From positions 1-64,000 of IMG/VR virus record IMGVR_UViG_3300047552_002060: a stretch of 64,000 nucleotides of DNA. One strand, given 5' to 3'. The notes under the pieces are model-generated. The model did not search any database and was not told the DNA's origin. It saw only the letters and a program-made list of their open reading frames with translations. Positions 18,398-27,391 of the stretch are shown in pieces. This DNA comes from a virus. Position 1 is the stretch's first letter, and each line of letters opens with the position of its first letter. A program made the position numbers and the translations under genes.

Positions 18398-19231
18398 TTA
18401 ATCAACCAAAACGCCATCTTTAGTACACTGGCATTTCTTAGCATGGCACTTAGAGCAGAGTTTCTCGCTGCCTGAACGTCCATCTTCGGTCTTATCTAGG
18501 TTCCACTGACCACCTTTATTCAGAGAGACTTTCTCTCCGCAGCTTCGGAGTAATGGAAGGACACTTTGCGACGGCGGTGGCGGAGGTGGAGTGCCATTAA
18601 CCGTCTTTTCAAACGACTGATTGGCGTAATCTTTCTTAGCAGTCTCTTGCTTGAAGATGTCGTTTTTAATAATCGGCTTCTGTGCTTGTGCTTTGATCTT
18701 ATCAATGCCTGTAAGTTTCTTTGCGGGAGCTGCTGGAGTTACTTTTGGCGTCACACTTGGAGTAAAGTCTGCGAGCATGTTCGCTCGAGCAGATCGTTCA
18801 GTTGTACTCGGCATCTTGGGCGCTGGCTCAGCTGCTTTTGGTGCTACTGCCTTGGATGATTCGTACATGGCATGCTGCTGAGCTTGTGCTTTAGGTGAAA
18901 GGAGAGCTTTCTCGAGGTCATCGACAACATCTTCACTTTTAACAACTACATTTGCTGCGCCAGGCTTAAAACCGGCATTAGCAGCAGAATTTAAGTGACT
19001 AGTTAAAGTAGCATGAAGTTGCTTGCCCTGAGGATGGTTGCTCATAGCAGTAATAAAGGGAGCGTGATTCATATGGGCAGTAATAAACTTGCCACGTTCT
19101 GCACTGCCTTTGGGTAGAGCTTTTAAACCACCCATAAAACCTTCAACTGTACCATGTAGACCTGAATCGGCCTTAACAAGCTCTTCTTTGACTTCTTTAA
19201 ACTTCGCAATAAGTAGGTCTAGATTTTCCAT
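18398..19231 (-). CDS. hypothetical Ala/Pro-rich protein, possible internal virion protein
   Basis: EELVKA, DDLEKA, GGQWNLDKT motifs. Confidence 0.7.
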   Translation of the reverse strand: MENLDLLIAKFKEVKEELVKADSGLHGTVEGFMGGLKALPKGSAERGKFITAHMNHAPFITAMSNHPQGKQLHATLTSHLNSAANAGFKPGAANVVVKSEDVVDDLEKALLSPKAQAQQHAMYESSKAVAPKAAEPAPKMPSTTERSARANMLADFTPSVTPKVTPAAPAKKLTGIDKIKAQAQKPIIKNDIFKQETAKKDYANQSFEKTVNGTPPPPPPSQSVLPLLRSCGEKVSLNKGGQWNLDKTEDGRSGSEKLCSKCHAKKCQCTKDGVLVD

Positions 19232-19261
19232 AAAATCATTATAACCTGTCAATAAGTTAGA

Positions 19262-19271
19262 TTTTCCGAAA
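19262..19271 (+). promoter_or_regulatory. TTTTCCGAAA upstream element
   Basis: One of four identical intergenic 10-mers. Confidence 0.55.
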
Positions 19272-19340
19272 TAAATTTGAAATGATTCAATGGATTTAAA
19301 CATTTAACCCACAGCAGCAAAAAGAAAGGCAATAATAAAA

Positions 19341-19688
19341 ATGGCAAATAATAATAATAACAATAGTAATACTGGCGATCTCGAGAACAAGAATTTGGTA
19401 GTTATCACCCCCGAAGACGTTCAAGAGTGTGCGAAGTTCTTCCAATTCTTCGAGATTCCTGTGCCTGCGCCTCTGCAGAGTGCGTTGGACTCCTTCATCA
19501 AGGAGCCTAACTTGCAGAATCAGCAAGAGCTTAAGTTTCAGCTCTCCGACATCATCAAGAACAGCACTCACCCCGTGTTCCAGGATGAAGTGTTTGCACA
19601 GGTAAAGCCAGAGAATGCTCTGGCAAATGATGAGATGGTCTTCGAGCGCCAGCTTGAGGCTCAGCTTACTGGCAAGTCTGATGACTAA
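19341..19688 (+). CDS. hypothetical acidic protein
   Basis: ORF. Confidence 0.75.
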   Translation: MANNNNNNSNTGDLENKNLVVITPEDVQECAKFFQFFEIPVPAPLQSALDSFIKEPNLQNQQELKFQLSDIIKNSTHPVFQDEVFAQVKPENALANDEMVFERQLEAQLTGKSDD

Positions 19689-19854
19689 TACTTGTGGCAT
19701 ATGTTACGACACAGGATGGATCGATAGTCTTGAAAATAGGATTTTCGATCCATGCCTGTGTCGTATCGGTCAAAGCAGAGCAGCACTTGTATTCCTTGAT
19801 AACTTTCTTTTCTTCTACAAGAAGCTTTTCACATCCAAGAACAGGCTTATATGA
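19681..19854 (+). CDS. small zinc-binding protein, tandem paralog 1
   Basis: MTNTCGICYDTGW...CLCRIGQ...FYKKLF. Confidence 0.55.
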   Translation: MTNTCGICYDTGWIDSLENRIFDPCLCRIGQSRAALVFLDNFLFFYKKLFTSKNRLI

Positions 19855-20012
19855 CTAGCATTTGTACACGGTGTGAAAATGGATGGGTAAGAAGTCACCA
19901 TACCGGCGCTTGGAATACATGTTCTTGTAAGAAAGGACAGGCAGTTGTATCAAAGCTCTGCTTTATTCGTTTTTATCGTAGATTGTTTCGAAGCCAAACA
20001 AATAGGTTGTAG
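19851..20012 (+). CDS. small zinc-binding protein, tandem paralog 2
   Basis: MTSICTRCENGW...CSCKKGQ...FYRRLF. Confidence 0.55.
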   Translation: MTSICTRCENGWVRSHHTGAWNTCSCKKGQAVVSKLCFIRFYRRLFRSQTNRL

Positions 20013-20323
20013 ACAATGAAATCTAGAGGTGGCCTTTGGTCTAAAAATGGGCAATTCGCTGACGATGTCTTCGATCTTTTTGTCAACTTATATGCCAAGT
20101 TGTTTAACTATAAGTATTCCACGCGTTATAATTATAACCTCCTTGGCCAAAAAACTCAAGAAGAAGATCGAAGACTTGTGCGGCCTAACCTCATTGGGTT
20201 GGGAGGATAGGCAAGATAAGGCCAACCAGATCCTTTCCTCTAATGAGTGGAAGCAGCGACTTTGCAACGAATTGATAGGCTTATCATTTCGAGAGCTCGA
20301 GAAGGTTCTAATCGGTATCGCCA

Positions 20324-20626
20324 ATGAGCGTCAGAAAAGAGTTGAAAACGATCAAACTGAAGACGGTGAGACCGCAAGGAAGCGTGGGCATTCTGGCAAA
20401 TCCTTGCGGAGAGATCCCATTGGGACCGCCACAGACAAACCGCCTTCGCGACGTACTCTCGCAGAAATCCTGGCGCAAGTATACGCACCAAGACAGGATG
20501 CGAACCATATTTCGCAATTCGAGCGGTCAACTCTACGAGCAAGACCTTCTGTTTGTGAAGAGATACTTCCGAACTCTGCTGATGGAGATGATTGCACCGA
20601 ATAGTGAATGGGCCAAATGGTTATAA
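20324..20626 (+). CDS. small protein carrying RNR-like motifs
   Basis: KTVRPQGSVGILA directly followed by NPCGEIPL; overlaps ORF 20029-20604. Confidence 0.5.
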   Translation: MSVRKELKTIKLKTVRPQGSVGILANPCGEIPLGPPQTNRLRDVLSQKSWRKYTHQDRMRTIFRNSSGQLYEQDLLFVKRYFRTLLMEMIAPNSEWAKWL

Positions 20627-20724
20627 CCGTTGATGTCTGGTGGAAACTTCGTCCTATGTTTACGCTCATATGGAAGCTTGACTTGATAAGTCTTAACACT
20701 TACAATCAATTCATCTGGACTTAA
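20617..20724 (+). CDS. microprotein, LKLIS-motif family
   Basis: MVITVDVWWKLRPMFTLIWKLDLISLNTYNQFIWT*. Confidence 0.5.
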   Translation: MVITVDVWWKLRPMFTLIWKLDLISLNTYNQFIWT

Positions 20725-20829
20725 ATGTACCATCGACAACGATTCTTTACAACTTTATTCTTACTAAAGTTGATCAGTGAAGGAACTCTAATACGTTTTC
20801 TTTTCAAGCACAAATATCTTGAAGGGTAA
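20725..20829 (+). CDS. microprotein, LKLIS-motif family
   Basis: MYHRQRFFTTLFLLKLISEGTLIRFLFKHKYLEG*. Confidence 0.5.
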   Translation: MYHRQRFFTTLFLLKLISEGTLIRFLFKHKYLEG

Positions 20830-20929
20830 AATACACTCGACTCCACAAGATCAGATCTAGTACAGATCTTCTTTTAATTGAGATCAACACAGTCAATTCC
20901 TGATCTCCCTAACCATAAGGCTAAATAAA

Positions 20930-22036
20930 ATGAAGCTTCCTAAGCTGTTCAAGATATCCTCAACAGGAGCAAAGCAAGAGTGGGAGATATCAACCGAAGG
21001 TAATGTAATTGTGACGCGTTGGGGTCAAGTTAACGGAAAGATCCAAGAGACTCGGGACGAGATCAAAGAAGGTAAGAATCAAGGTCGCAGCAATGAGACC
21101 ACCGCGTCACAGCAGGCAGAAGCGGAAGCCACCAGTCAATGGGAAAAGAAGCTCAAGAAGGGATATGTAAAGTCGCTTGATGCTGCGGAAGCTGGTGAGA
21201 TTGATGATGTTATCACGGGCGGTGTCGAACCCATGCTGGCTAAGCGATTCGATGAGCATGGAGATAAGGTCGTCTATCCTGCTTATGTTCAACCTAAGCT
21301 GGACGGTCATAGGTGTATTGCCATAGTTGATAAGAATGGACACTGTACTCTATGGAGTCGTACTCGTAAGCCAATCACCGGTCTTCCACATATCGTCAAG
21401 GCTATTGAGAACTCTGGCGCTAAGTATACCGTACTTGATGGAGAACTCTATAATCACAAGTACAAGTCTAATTTTGAAGAGTTGACTAGCTTTATCCGCA
21501 ATCCTGAGCCAAAGGAAGGACATGAAGTAGTCGAATATCATATCTATGATATAGCAGTAAATACTCTATCTTTCAAAGAGCGGCTGGCAGAACTTTACAA
21601 GCTATCTGTCTATTCGCCACTTGTGTTAGTACAGACTCAGAAGGTTGTAGATGAAGAAGAACTCATGATCATGTTCGAGAACTTTCTTAGTCAAGGATAT
21701 GAGGGTGCTATGGTCCGCAATATGGCCGGTAAATACGTCAATAAGCGCTCTACTGATCTTCTGAAGATTAAAGAGTTTCAGGATGCTGAGTTCAAGATTG
21801 TGGATGTTGAAGAGGGGCGAGGTAAGCTAGCAGGCAAGGCTATCTTTGTATGTGCCAATGAGCAGGGCACTAAGTTCAAGGCCAAGATGAAAGGTGATCA
21901 GGATGAGCTGGCGAAGTACTGGAAGAAGCCCTCTCTCGCTATAGGTCGTATGCTCACTGTACAGTTTCAAGGTCTGACGGGAAAGAACGGTGTCCCTAGG
22001 TTCCCTGTGGGTCTGCGATTTCGCGATGACATGTAG
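20930..22036 (+). CDS. lig: ATP-dependent DNA ligase with N-terminal WGR-like domain
   Basis: QPKLDGHR (motif I), LDGELY, YDI, EGAMVR, LLKIK, PRFP. Confidence 0.93.
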   Translation: MKLPKLFKISSTGAKQEWEISTEGNVIVTRWGQVNGKIQETRDEIKEGKNQGRSNETTASQQAEAEATSQWEKKLKKGYVKSLDAAEAGEIDDVITGGVEPMLAKRFDEHGDKVVYPAYVQPKLDGHRCIAIVDKNGHCTLWSRTRKPITGLPHIVKAIENSGAKYTVLDGELYNHKYKSNFEELTSFIRNPEPKEGHEVVEYHIYDIAVNTLSFKERLAELYKLSVYSPLVLVQTQKVVDEEELMIMFENFLSQGYEGAMVRNMAGKYVNKRSTDLLKIKEFQDAEFKIVDVEEGRGKLAGKAIFVCANEQGTKFKAKMKGDQDELAKYWKKPSLAIGRMLTVQFQGLTGKNGVPRFPVGLRFRDDM

Positions 22037-22072
22037 GTTGATTATCTGGGATAATAGATATCAAGGACCTAT

Positions 22073-22315
22073 ATGAACATCAAATACCCACTAAATCGTT
22101 ACACTATAAAGTTTGACTCAGAAAAGAAGCTATTCTTGTTGGTAGATAAAGAAGGAAATGTGGTTGGAGAGAATACTAATGGCCGAGAGCTAGGGCGAGA
22201 TGCTTGGGGTTGGGGAGCACAAGAAGTCTGTTATGACTATGATCTAAACCTAGATGAAAAACTGCCATTGATGTCTACCTATGAGAAATTCAAAGCGCGA
22301 AGTCGAATGTCTTAA
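22073..22315 (+). CDS. hypothetical protein
   Basis: AAGGA SD. Confidence 0.65.
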   Translation: MNIKYPLNRYTIKFDSEKKLFLLVDKEGNVVGENTNGRELGRDAWGWGAQEVCYDYDLNLDEKLPLMSTYEKFKARSRMS

Positions 22316-22577
22316 ACGTTTACAGGAGCTCTCTCCTGTATATGACGAACTACTCCAGTTCCTAGATCAAGAGTTCCTTATATCTAAGGAAGAACTGAAG
22401 GTTATCAAGAATTCACCTGAAAAGAGTAAGCTGCTACAGGCAAAACTTGCTCTTCTTTCTGATGAACGCAAGCTTCAACTTGTCGAATATATTTGGCAAG
22501 TTTTGCCTGTAGAGAGAATTTCTGTAACAATTGTGTCTGAACGCGCTATGAAAGAATTTGCGTATGGAGATACTTAA
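22281..22577 (+). CDS. hypothetical protein
   Basis: ORF; start uncertain. Confidence 0.55.
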   Translation: MRNSKREVECLKRLQELSPVYDELLQFLDQEFLISKEELKVIKNSPEKSKLLQAKLALLSDERKLQLVEYIWQVLPVERISVTIVSERAMKEFAYGDT

Positions 22578-23202
22578 TGAAATCTAAAGCTGAACAGCAA
22601 AAAGAGTGGGCCAAAATAATCCAGAAAAGTATAAGGCGGCCCAGCGTCGGCATTATTTAAAACATAAAGAAAAAATACTTCTTAAGACAAAAGAGTATGT
22701 AAAAAACTTGTCACTTGAAGAATTAAATAATCTTAAAGAAAAGAAGAAAATTCTTTGTGCTGCCTGGTATAAACAAAATCAATCTAAAATCTTAGAAAAA
22801 GCTAAAGTTTATCAAACTCAGCGACGACAAGTTGACCTTAATTTTAAATTAAGGTGTTATTTACGCAGTCGTTTAAGTCATGCTATCAAGAATGGCCAAA
22901 AAATCGGTTCTGCTGTTGAAGATTTAGGTTATTCTTTAGATGACCTAAAGAAACACTTAGAATCTCAGTTTTATCCTAATTCAATTACGGGAGAGGTAAT
23001 GAGTTGGGATAACTATGGTAGGGACGGTTGGGAAATTGATCACATTGAGCCATTGGCTAAATTTGACTTATCTATAAGAGAGCATTTTTTAAATGCTTGT
23101 AATTATAGAAATCTTCAACCACTCTGGTGGCAAGATAATGCTCAAAAAAGTGACAATATCGTAACTGATAGAGGTTTTAAAGAGTTCGTTGCGGAGATAT
23201 AA
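22577..23202 (+). CDS. HNH-type endonuclease with basic helical N-terminus; apparent 1-nt deletion at 22613-22616
   Basis: HLESQF..MSWDNYG..WEIDHIEPL..NLQPLW..DN..K; ATG at 22577 gives MKSKAEQQKEWAK, which joins NNPEKYK if one A is added. Confidence 0.8.
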
Positions 23203-23204
23203 TC

Positions 23205-23837
23205 GTGGAATATTCGAGTGATCTAGAGGCAAAGCTAGCTGCTTATTTTATAGAGAACTATCCCTTTTTTACTGGGGATATCATTAGGATCAATGAAGAT
23301 GTAGATGATGTCATTGAGGCTAGTGATCTTTATTTACCTCTCAATTTAAATAGTCTTAATCAATATAAAGCAAAGCATAATTATGCGGCTTTTCATCTAA
23401 AAGTCGACTACGTCAAGTTGATCAATCGTTCTACTCCAATGAGAGATATTATTCAACTTAGAGGAGATATACATTACGTAATAGAGGAATTTCGACCAGT
23501 GATTCAAGACATGGCGACTTATTACAGTGACAAACCAATGCTCGCTGATGAAGTTTCTGAGTCACCTCTCTATGTGTGGTCAGGTGAAACACCAGCCGAT
23601 TCCATTAGGAAAAAGCAGGCACTTAGTAAATTTAAGTATTTCACTGTAATCGCATTCATCTCAAGCTCAGTCACCTTCGCCAAGATTCCTCCGTCTCTCG
23701 TAAAAGAGATGGATATGATGTTTGATGTGATGGCCGATCGTCTTAAAGAGACATTGGACGAGAAACTAGCCTCTAATATCCTTTCGATTTTGAAGAAATC
23801 TAGATCGGAAATTCGAAATAAGTATATTTCTCCATGA
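23205..23837 (+). CDS. hypothetical protein
   Basis: 210-aa ORF. Confidence 0.7.
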   Translation: MEYSSDLEAKLAAYFIENYPFFTGDIIRINEDVDDVIEASDLYLPLNLNSLNQYKAKHNYAAFHLKVDYVKLINRSTPMRDIIQLRGDIHYVIEEFRPVIQDMATYYSDKPMLADEVSESPLYVWSGETPADSIRKKQALSKFKYFTVIAFISSSVTFAKIPPSLVKEMDMMFDVMADRLKETLDEKLASNILSILKKSRSEIRNKYISP

Positions 23838-24043
23838 GCGAATCAAAAATTCGAAGTCGAGTTACTTCTTCTGATGATGAATCTTTTAGTTCTATGGGAA
23901 GTAAAAGACTTAGTAGATTGTGGTGGCGCGTTTTACGCAAAACTTATGGGGATATTAGAAGCGAAGAATTTAAACTTATCAAAAAGGCATATTTCATAAA
24001 TAATTTTGAGTCAGGTCTACACGTCTACTCCACTGAGGAATAA
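23834..24043 (+). CDS. small hypothetical protein
   Basis: Coupled ORF. Confidence 0.5.
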   Translation: MSESKIRSRVTSSDDESFSSMGSKRLSRLWWRVLRKTYGDIRSEEFKLIKKAYFINNFESGLHVYSTEE

Positions 24044-25039
24044 ATGGCAAAAAATGGAAAGTTTGAAGTAAAAAATATCACATCGTTTAGTGATCTGGTC
24101 AGTGGCAAAGTATCCATTCTTAACGAGAGTGATCTGTGCTTTCAGAATTCGACCGATATCGTCCAGCTAGCTTACAAGGAACCAGAGAATGGAACCAAGT
24201 ACGAGGTTAAGCCAGGTTTTTACACACTTGCTTCGACTGCTGCGGGTATTCAGACTTCTAAGATTGAGTTCCGTAAGCGTGACCTCCTCGAGGATGTCAC
24301 TAGCACTAGAAGCATTATTTCTGAAGCACGGCTATTCTTTAATAAGCTTGAAGTATACGAGAAGCTCAATCGACCCAAGAAACGTGGAGTATTGCTTTAC
24401 AGTGCTCCCGGTTGCGGAAAGTCTTCTTCCATTGAGAAATTTTGTGTCGATTTCTCAGTTGAAGATCCTGGTACCGTTGTGATCGTGTGGCCAACGTCAG
24501 AGATCGAGGCTGACTCAATTGCTCACTTCTTTGGCCACAGCATTGAATACACGTCTTCATGTACTCGCTTGATTCTCATCATCGAAGACATCGGCGGGAA
24601 GGAACCAGGCGAGTATCGAGGCAGTCAAGGAATTGATGCGGGTCTATTGAACCTACTGGATGGTATCGGTGTCACTTTTAAGCTTCCTACTTTTATTGTC
24701 GCGACTACGAATCATCCAGAAAGCTTGCTACAGGCGCTTGCTGACCGACCTGGCCGGTTCGACCGCCTTATTAAGCTCAATCCCCCGACACACGAGGAGA
24801 AAGTACGGCTACTAACTTTCATCGCAAAGCGTGAGCTCACGGACGAAGAAAAGGAATCAATCGGTAGAAAGGGAACAGAAGATTTTTCCGTTGCTCATCT
24901 TGAAGAGATCGCGATTCGTTCGCTTCTTCACGATAAGACATATATGGAAGTAATTCAAGAAATGATTGACCACACAAAGCTCTTCAAGAAGAATTTTGAA
25001 GAGAAGGGTAGTGCTGGTTTTGGCTTTGGCAGAGATTAA
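24044..25039 (+). CDS. AAA+ ATPase
   Basis: RGVLLYSAPGCGKS, IIIEDI-type Walker B, LLNLLDG, TTN, RPGRFD. Confidence 0.9.
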   Translation: MAKNGKFEVKNITSFSDLVSGKVSILNESDLCFQNSTDIVQLAYKEPENGTKYEVKPGFYTLASTAAGIQTSKIEFRKRDLLEDVTSTRSIISEARLFFNKLEVYEKLNRPKKRGVLLYSAPGCGKSSSIEKFCVDFSVEDPGTVVIVWPTSEIEADSIAHFFGHSIEYTSSCTRLILIIEDIGGKEPGEYRGSQGIDAGLLNLLDGIGVTFKLPTFIVATTNHPESLLQALADRPGRFDRLIKLNPPTHEEKVRLLTFIAKRELTDEEKESIGRKGTEDFSVAHLEEIAIRSLLHDKTYMEVIQEMIDHTKLFKKNFEEKGSAGFGFGRD

Positions 25040-25046
25040 GTCGATC

Positions 25047-25124
25047 GAGTAGAGCTGGATATCCGGAAACGCCTAGAAGCACACTAGGACCCTCTAGCGA
25101 GAGTTCGATTCTCTCGTCTACTCT
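25047..25124 (+). ncRNA. non-canonical tRNA-like RNA, Cys-like (GCA, U73)
   Basis: GAGTAGA/TCTACTC-T acceptor; CGAGAG-TTCGATT-CTCTCG T-arm; CCTAG-AAGCACA-CTAGG arm. Confidence 0.65.
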
Positions 25125-25146
25125 TGTAGTACACTTCAAACAAGGA

Positions 25147-25389
25147 ATGAACAAAATGACCACAACTTTAAACAACGCTATTCTTCGTGTAACCCGTCGT
25201 ACCGTAAAGGGCTTCACTGTTGGTGAGATCTTTGATCGTCTATCGAGCAGTGATGATCGCAACACTCCATACAACAGCGTTCGCGCTCGTGTATATGAGC
25301 TTGCGGCAGCTGGTAAGCTAGCTCATGTCGGTGAGCGTCGCGATCCCGTCTCCGGTCGGGAGAGCAAGGTGTTCGTTCGCGCGTTCTAA
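25147..25389 (+). CDS. small winged-helix-like DNA-binding protein
   Basis: GFTVGEI...NSVRARVYEL...G.L...R....SGR...VF. Confidence 0.7.
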   Translation: MNKMTTTLNNAILRVTRRTVKGFTVGEIFDRLSSSDDRNTPYNSVRARVYELAAAGKLAHVGERRDPVSGRESKVFVRAF

Positions 25390-25398
25390 TAAGCGCCA

Positions 25399-25472
25399 TT
25401 CCTTGTAGCTCAAATTTGGAAGAGCGGCTGCTGTGAGGCAGTGGGTTACAGGTTCGAGTCCTGTCAAGGATT
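25399..25472 (+). tRNA. atypical tRNA with 6-nt anticodon loop (GUG, His-like)
   Basis: TCCTTG/CAAGGA acceptor, canonical D and T arms, GCTGC-TGTGAG-GCAGT anticodon arm. Confidence 0.7.
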
Positions 25473-25607
25473 TTAATAGGAGAGGAGTGTGATTCCTACA
25501 GAAATCAAAGAAAAGATTAAAAGTGAACTTAGCTTTGTTGGTTTTCTCTGTGGATTAGCGATCATCGCAGGAGTAGTGCTCTATGAGCACTATAAGCATC
25601 GTAAGCC

Positions 25608-26375
25608 ATGAAAGCCTATCCTGTTCTCAGTCAGTTCCCGCTTCCTCCAATCCAAGGTTGGACACCTCCGAGACAATTCTCTACAGAATCGACTACATGT
25701 AAGTTCTGTCAAGAGCCGGATTTATATTGGCAATGGAGCTTCTATCTTAAGAAGTCTATACTAATAAATCCCGCAAGAAGAACATTTCATCGTTGTACGG
25801 CTTCTGGACAGAAAGATGTATTTCCCGGCTGGTGTGATAAGTGTCAAGCTGCCGATCTATTGTGGATTCGTAAGACGAATGGATTTGAGCTCACTGAGAG
25901 CTACGGATTGCCACATTCATGTGAAGTCGATCCTCCAGAAGATATATCTCATACAACTTGTAAACATTGTTCACAGAAAGATCTCCTTTGGACCTTAAGA
26001 GGTGCTCGCTATACCCTCGTTGATACTAGGGGAATCAAGCACAACTGTCCCGCTTATCCTTCCTATATGAAGGACTGGGCAGAAGCCCTACGCATGAACT
26101 ATGCTGCTGAAAAGGCATGGCTGAAAGCTATACCAGACGACACACCTTGTAAAAAATGTAAAGGCTTTGGTGTTATTATCTACACCTCTAAGAGCAAGAA
26201 AAACCTTCAAAAGTACAACTCCTCCGAACCGATACGGATGTCTCGCCCATGTGTTAAATGTAAGCAATTAGGGACCTTTACAGCATTAAAGAAGAAGGCA
26301 TATCTAAAAGACCTTAGAAAGAAATATTGGCCCTTCAGGATTGGATTCCACAAGTGGAAGAAACACAAGCCATGA
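25608..26375 (+). CDS. multi-zinc-finger protein
   Basis: Three CxxC..xLxW...HxC repeats plus a DnaJ-like CxxCxGxG pair. Confidence 0.7.
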   Translation: MKAYPVLSQFPLPPIQGWTPPRQFSTESTTCKFCQEPDLYWQWSFYLKKSILINPARRTFHRCTASGQKDVFPGWCDKCQAADLLWIRKTNGFELTESYGLPHSCEVDPPEDISHTTCKHCSQKDLLWTLRGARYTLVDTRGIKHNCPAYPSYMKDWAEALRMNYAAEKAWLKAIPDDTPCKKCKGFGVIIYTSKSKKNLQKYNSSEPIRMSRPCVKCKQLGTFTALKKKAYLKDLRKKYWPFRIGFHKWKKHKP

Positions 26376-26647
26376 GCAAGTCAAAGAAAAAGATCCCGTA
26401 TAATGGTCGAGATGAGAACATCGTCAAGATCATCAAAGGTGCTACCAAGAGTGGAATCCATAAAGACTTGAAGAAGGAAGAGAATAAATATGCTTCTCGT
26501 TCCAAGGTGAAAGCGGAAGATGATTGCTGCCTACAGTGTGGCTTTCCATATCGTGAGCATCGAGGCTTGGACGCAAACGAACTAGCCGCTATGGAATGTG
26601 GATTCTGCTCTGTATCATGTATGGACTACTATAAGACCCAAGAATAA
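26372..26647 (+). CDS. hypothetical protein with Cys cluster
   Basis: CLQCG...FCSVSC. Confidence 0.6.
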   Translation: MSKSKKKIPYNGRDENIVKIIKGATKSGIHKDLKKEENKYASRSKVKAEDDCCLQCGFPYREHRGLDANELAAMECGFCSVSCMDYYKTQE

Positions 26648-26655
26648 GGAAATTT

Positions 26656-26898
26656 ATGCATACACGACCATCCGAAGCATCAGTATTACGAGATCTTCTA
26701 AAGAAAGAGATGAAGGATAGCAGCAAATTTAAGGAGCTTCTCGCTGAGCTTGATGTAGAATGCGATGTGTCTAGGGATAGTGTGTGGAATGACCAATTTC
26801 ATTGTTCCATTCACGCAGTAACATTCCGCGACCATGAAGAGTCTTATATATGTCCGGTTGGGCAATTTGCCCGAGAATTGAAGAGTAGGTATGAGTAA
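26656..26898 (+). CDS. hypothetical protein
   Basis: AAGGA SD. Confidence 0.6.
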   Translation: MHTRPSEASVLRDLLKKEMKDSSKFKELLAELDVECDVSRDSVWNDQFHCSIHAVTFRDHEESYICPVGQFARELKSRYE

Positions 26899-27253
26899 GC
26901 GACTTGAGAAACTTAAAGAAGCAGCTTATAAGGAAGCACTCAAAAGCGATGGACGCCAGCGTCATGGTGCTGTAGTCATTGGTACTGGTGGTCGTATCTT
27001 GGCCAAGGCATGTAACAACTATGACAATGGCTGCCATGCTGAAGTTCGAGCGATCAAGCGTGTTCCTCATGATGCTAAGAAGGATATAGAAGAACTCATG
27101 GTTGTCAGGGCTCGCAAGAGTCAGAAGTATGGAATGAGCAAGCCATGCCCTGAGTGCCAGGCTGCTATCAAAGCAGCAAAGATTAAGGTAGTCTACTATT
27201 CGACGAACGGAGAAGTTCTTGGATATGACACATACGACGAAGACAACATATGA
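26891..27253 (+). CDS. zinc-dependent cytidine/dCMP deaminase-fold protein
   Basis: HGAVV, CHAE, SKPCPEC, VYYST. Confidence 0.85.
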   Translation: MSKRLEKLKEAAYKEALKSDGRQRHGAVVIGTGGRILAKACNNYDNGCHAEVRAIKRVPHDAKKDIEELMVVRARKSQKYGMSKPCPECQAAIKAAKIKVVYYSTNGEVLGYDTYDEDNI

Positions 27254-27391
27254 CAGCTTGATGAACAAGTACGAGTTTGCTAAAGAATCAGCTACTCGCT
27301 TTGGCTCATGGAGCGAGATGGATAAGTTTGTAAAGGAGATCTTGCGAGAGATCTCACAAGAGACAGAAAGTTGGCAGCCTGAGTATCAAGC

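Noticed and set aside
19347-19370. AAT triplet run
   Set aside because: Short poly-Asn tract in a CDS; no evidence of function
20029-20604. 191-aa ORF as a single real gene
   Set aside because: It overlaps two ORFs with better motif support; only its middle looks protein-like, so it is unresolved and not listed as a feature
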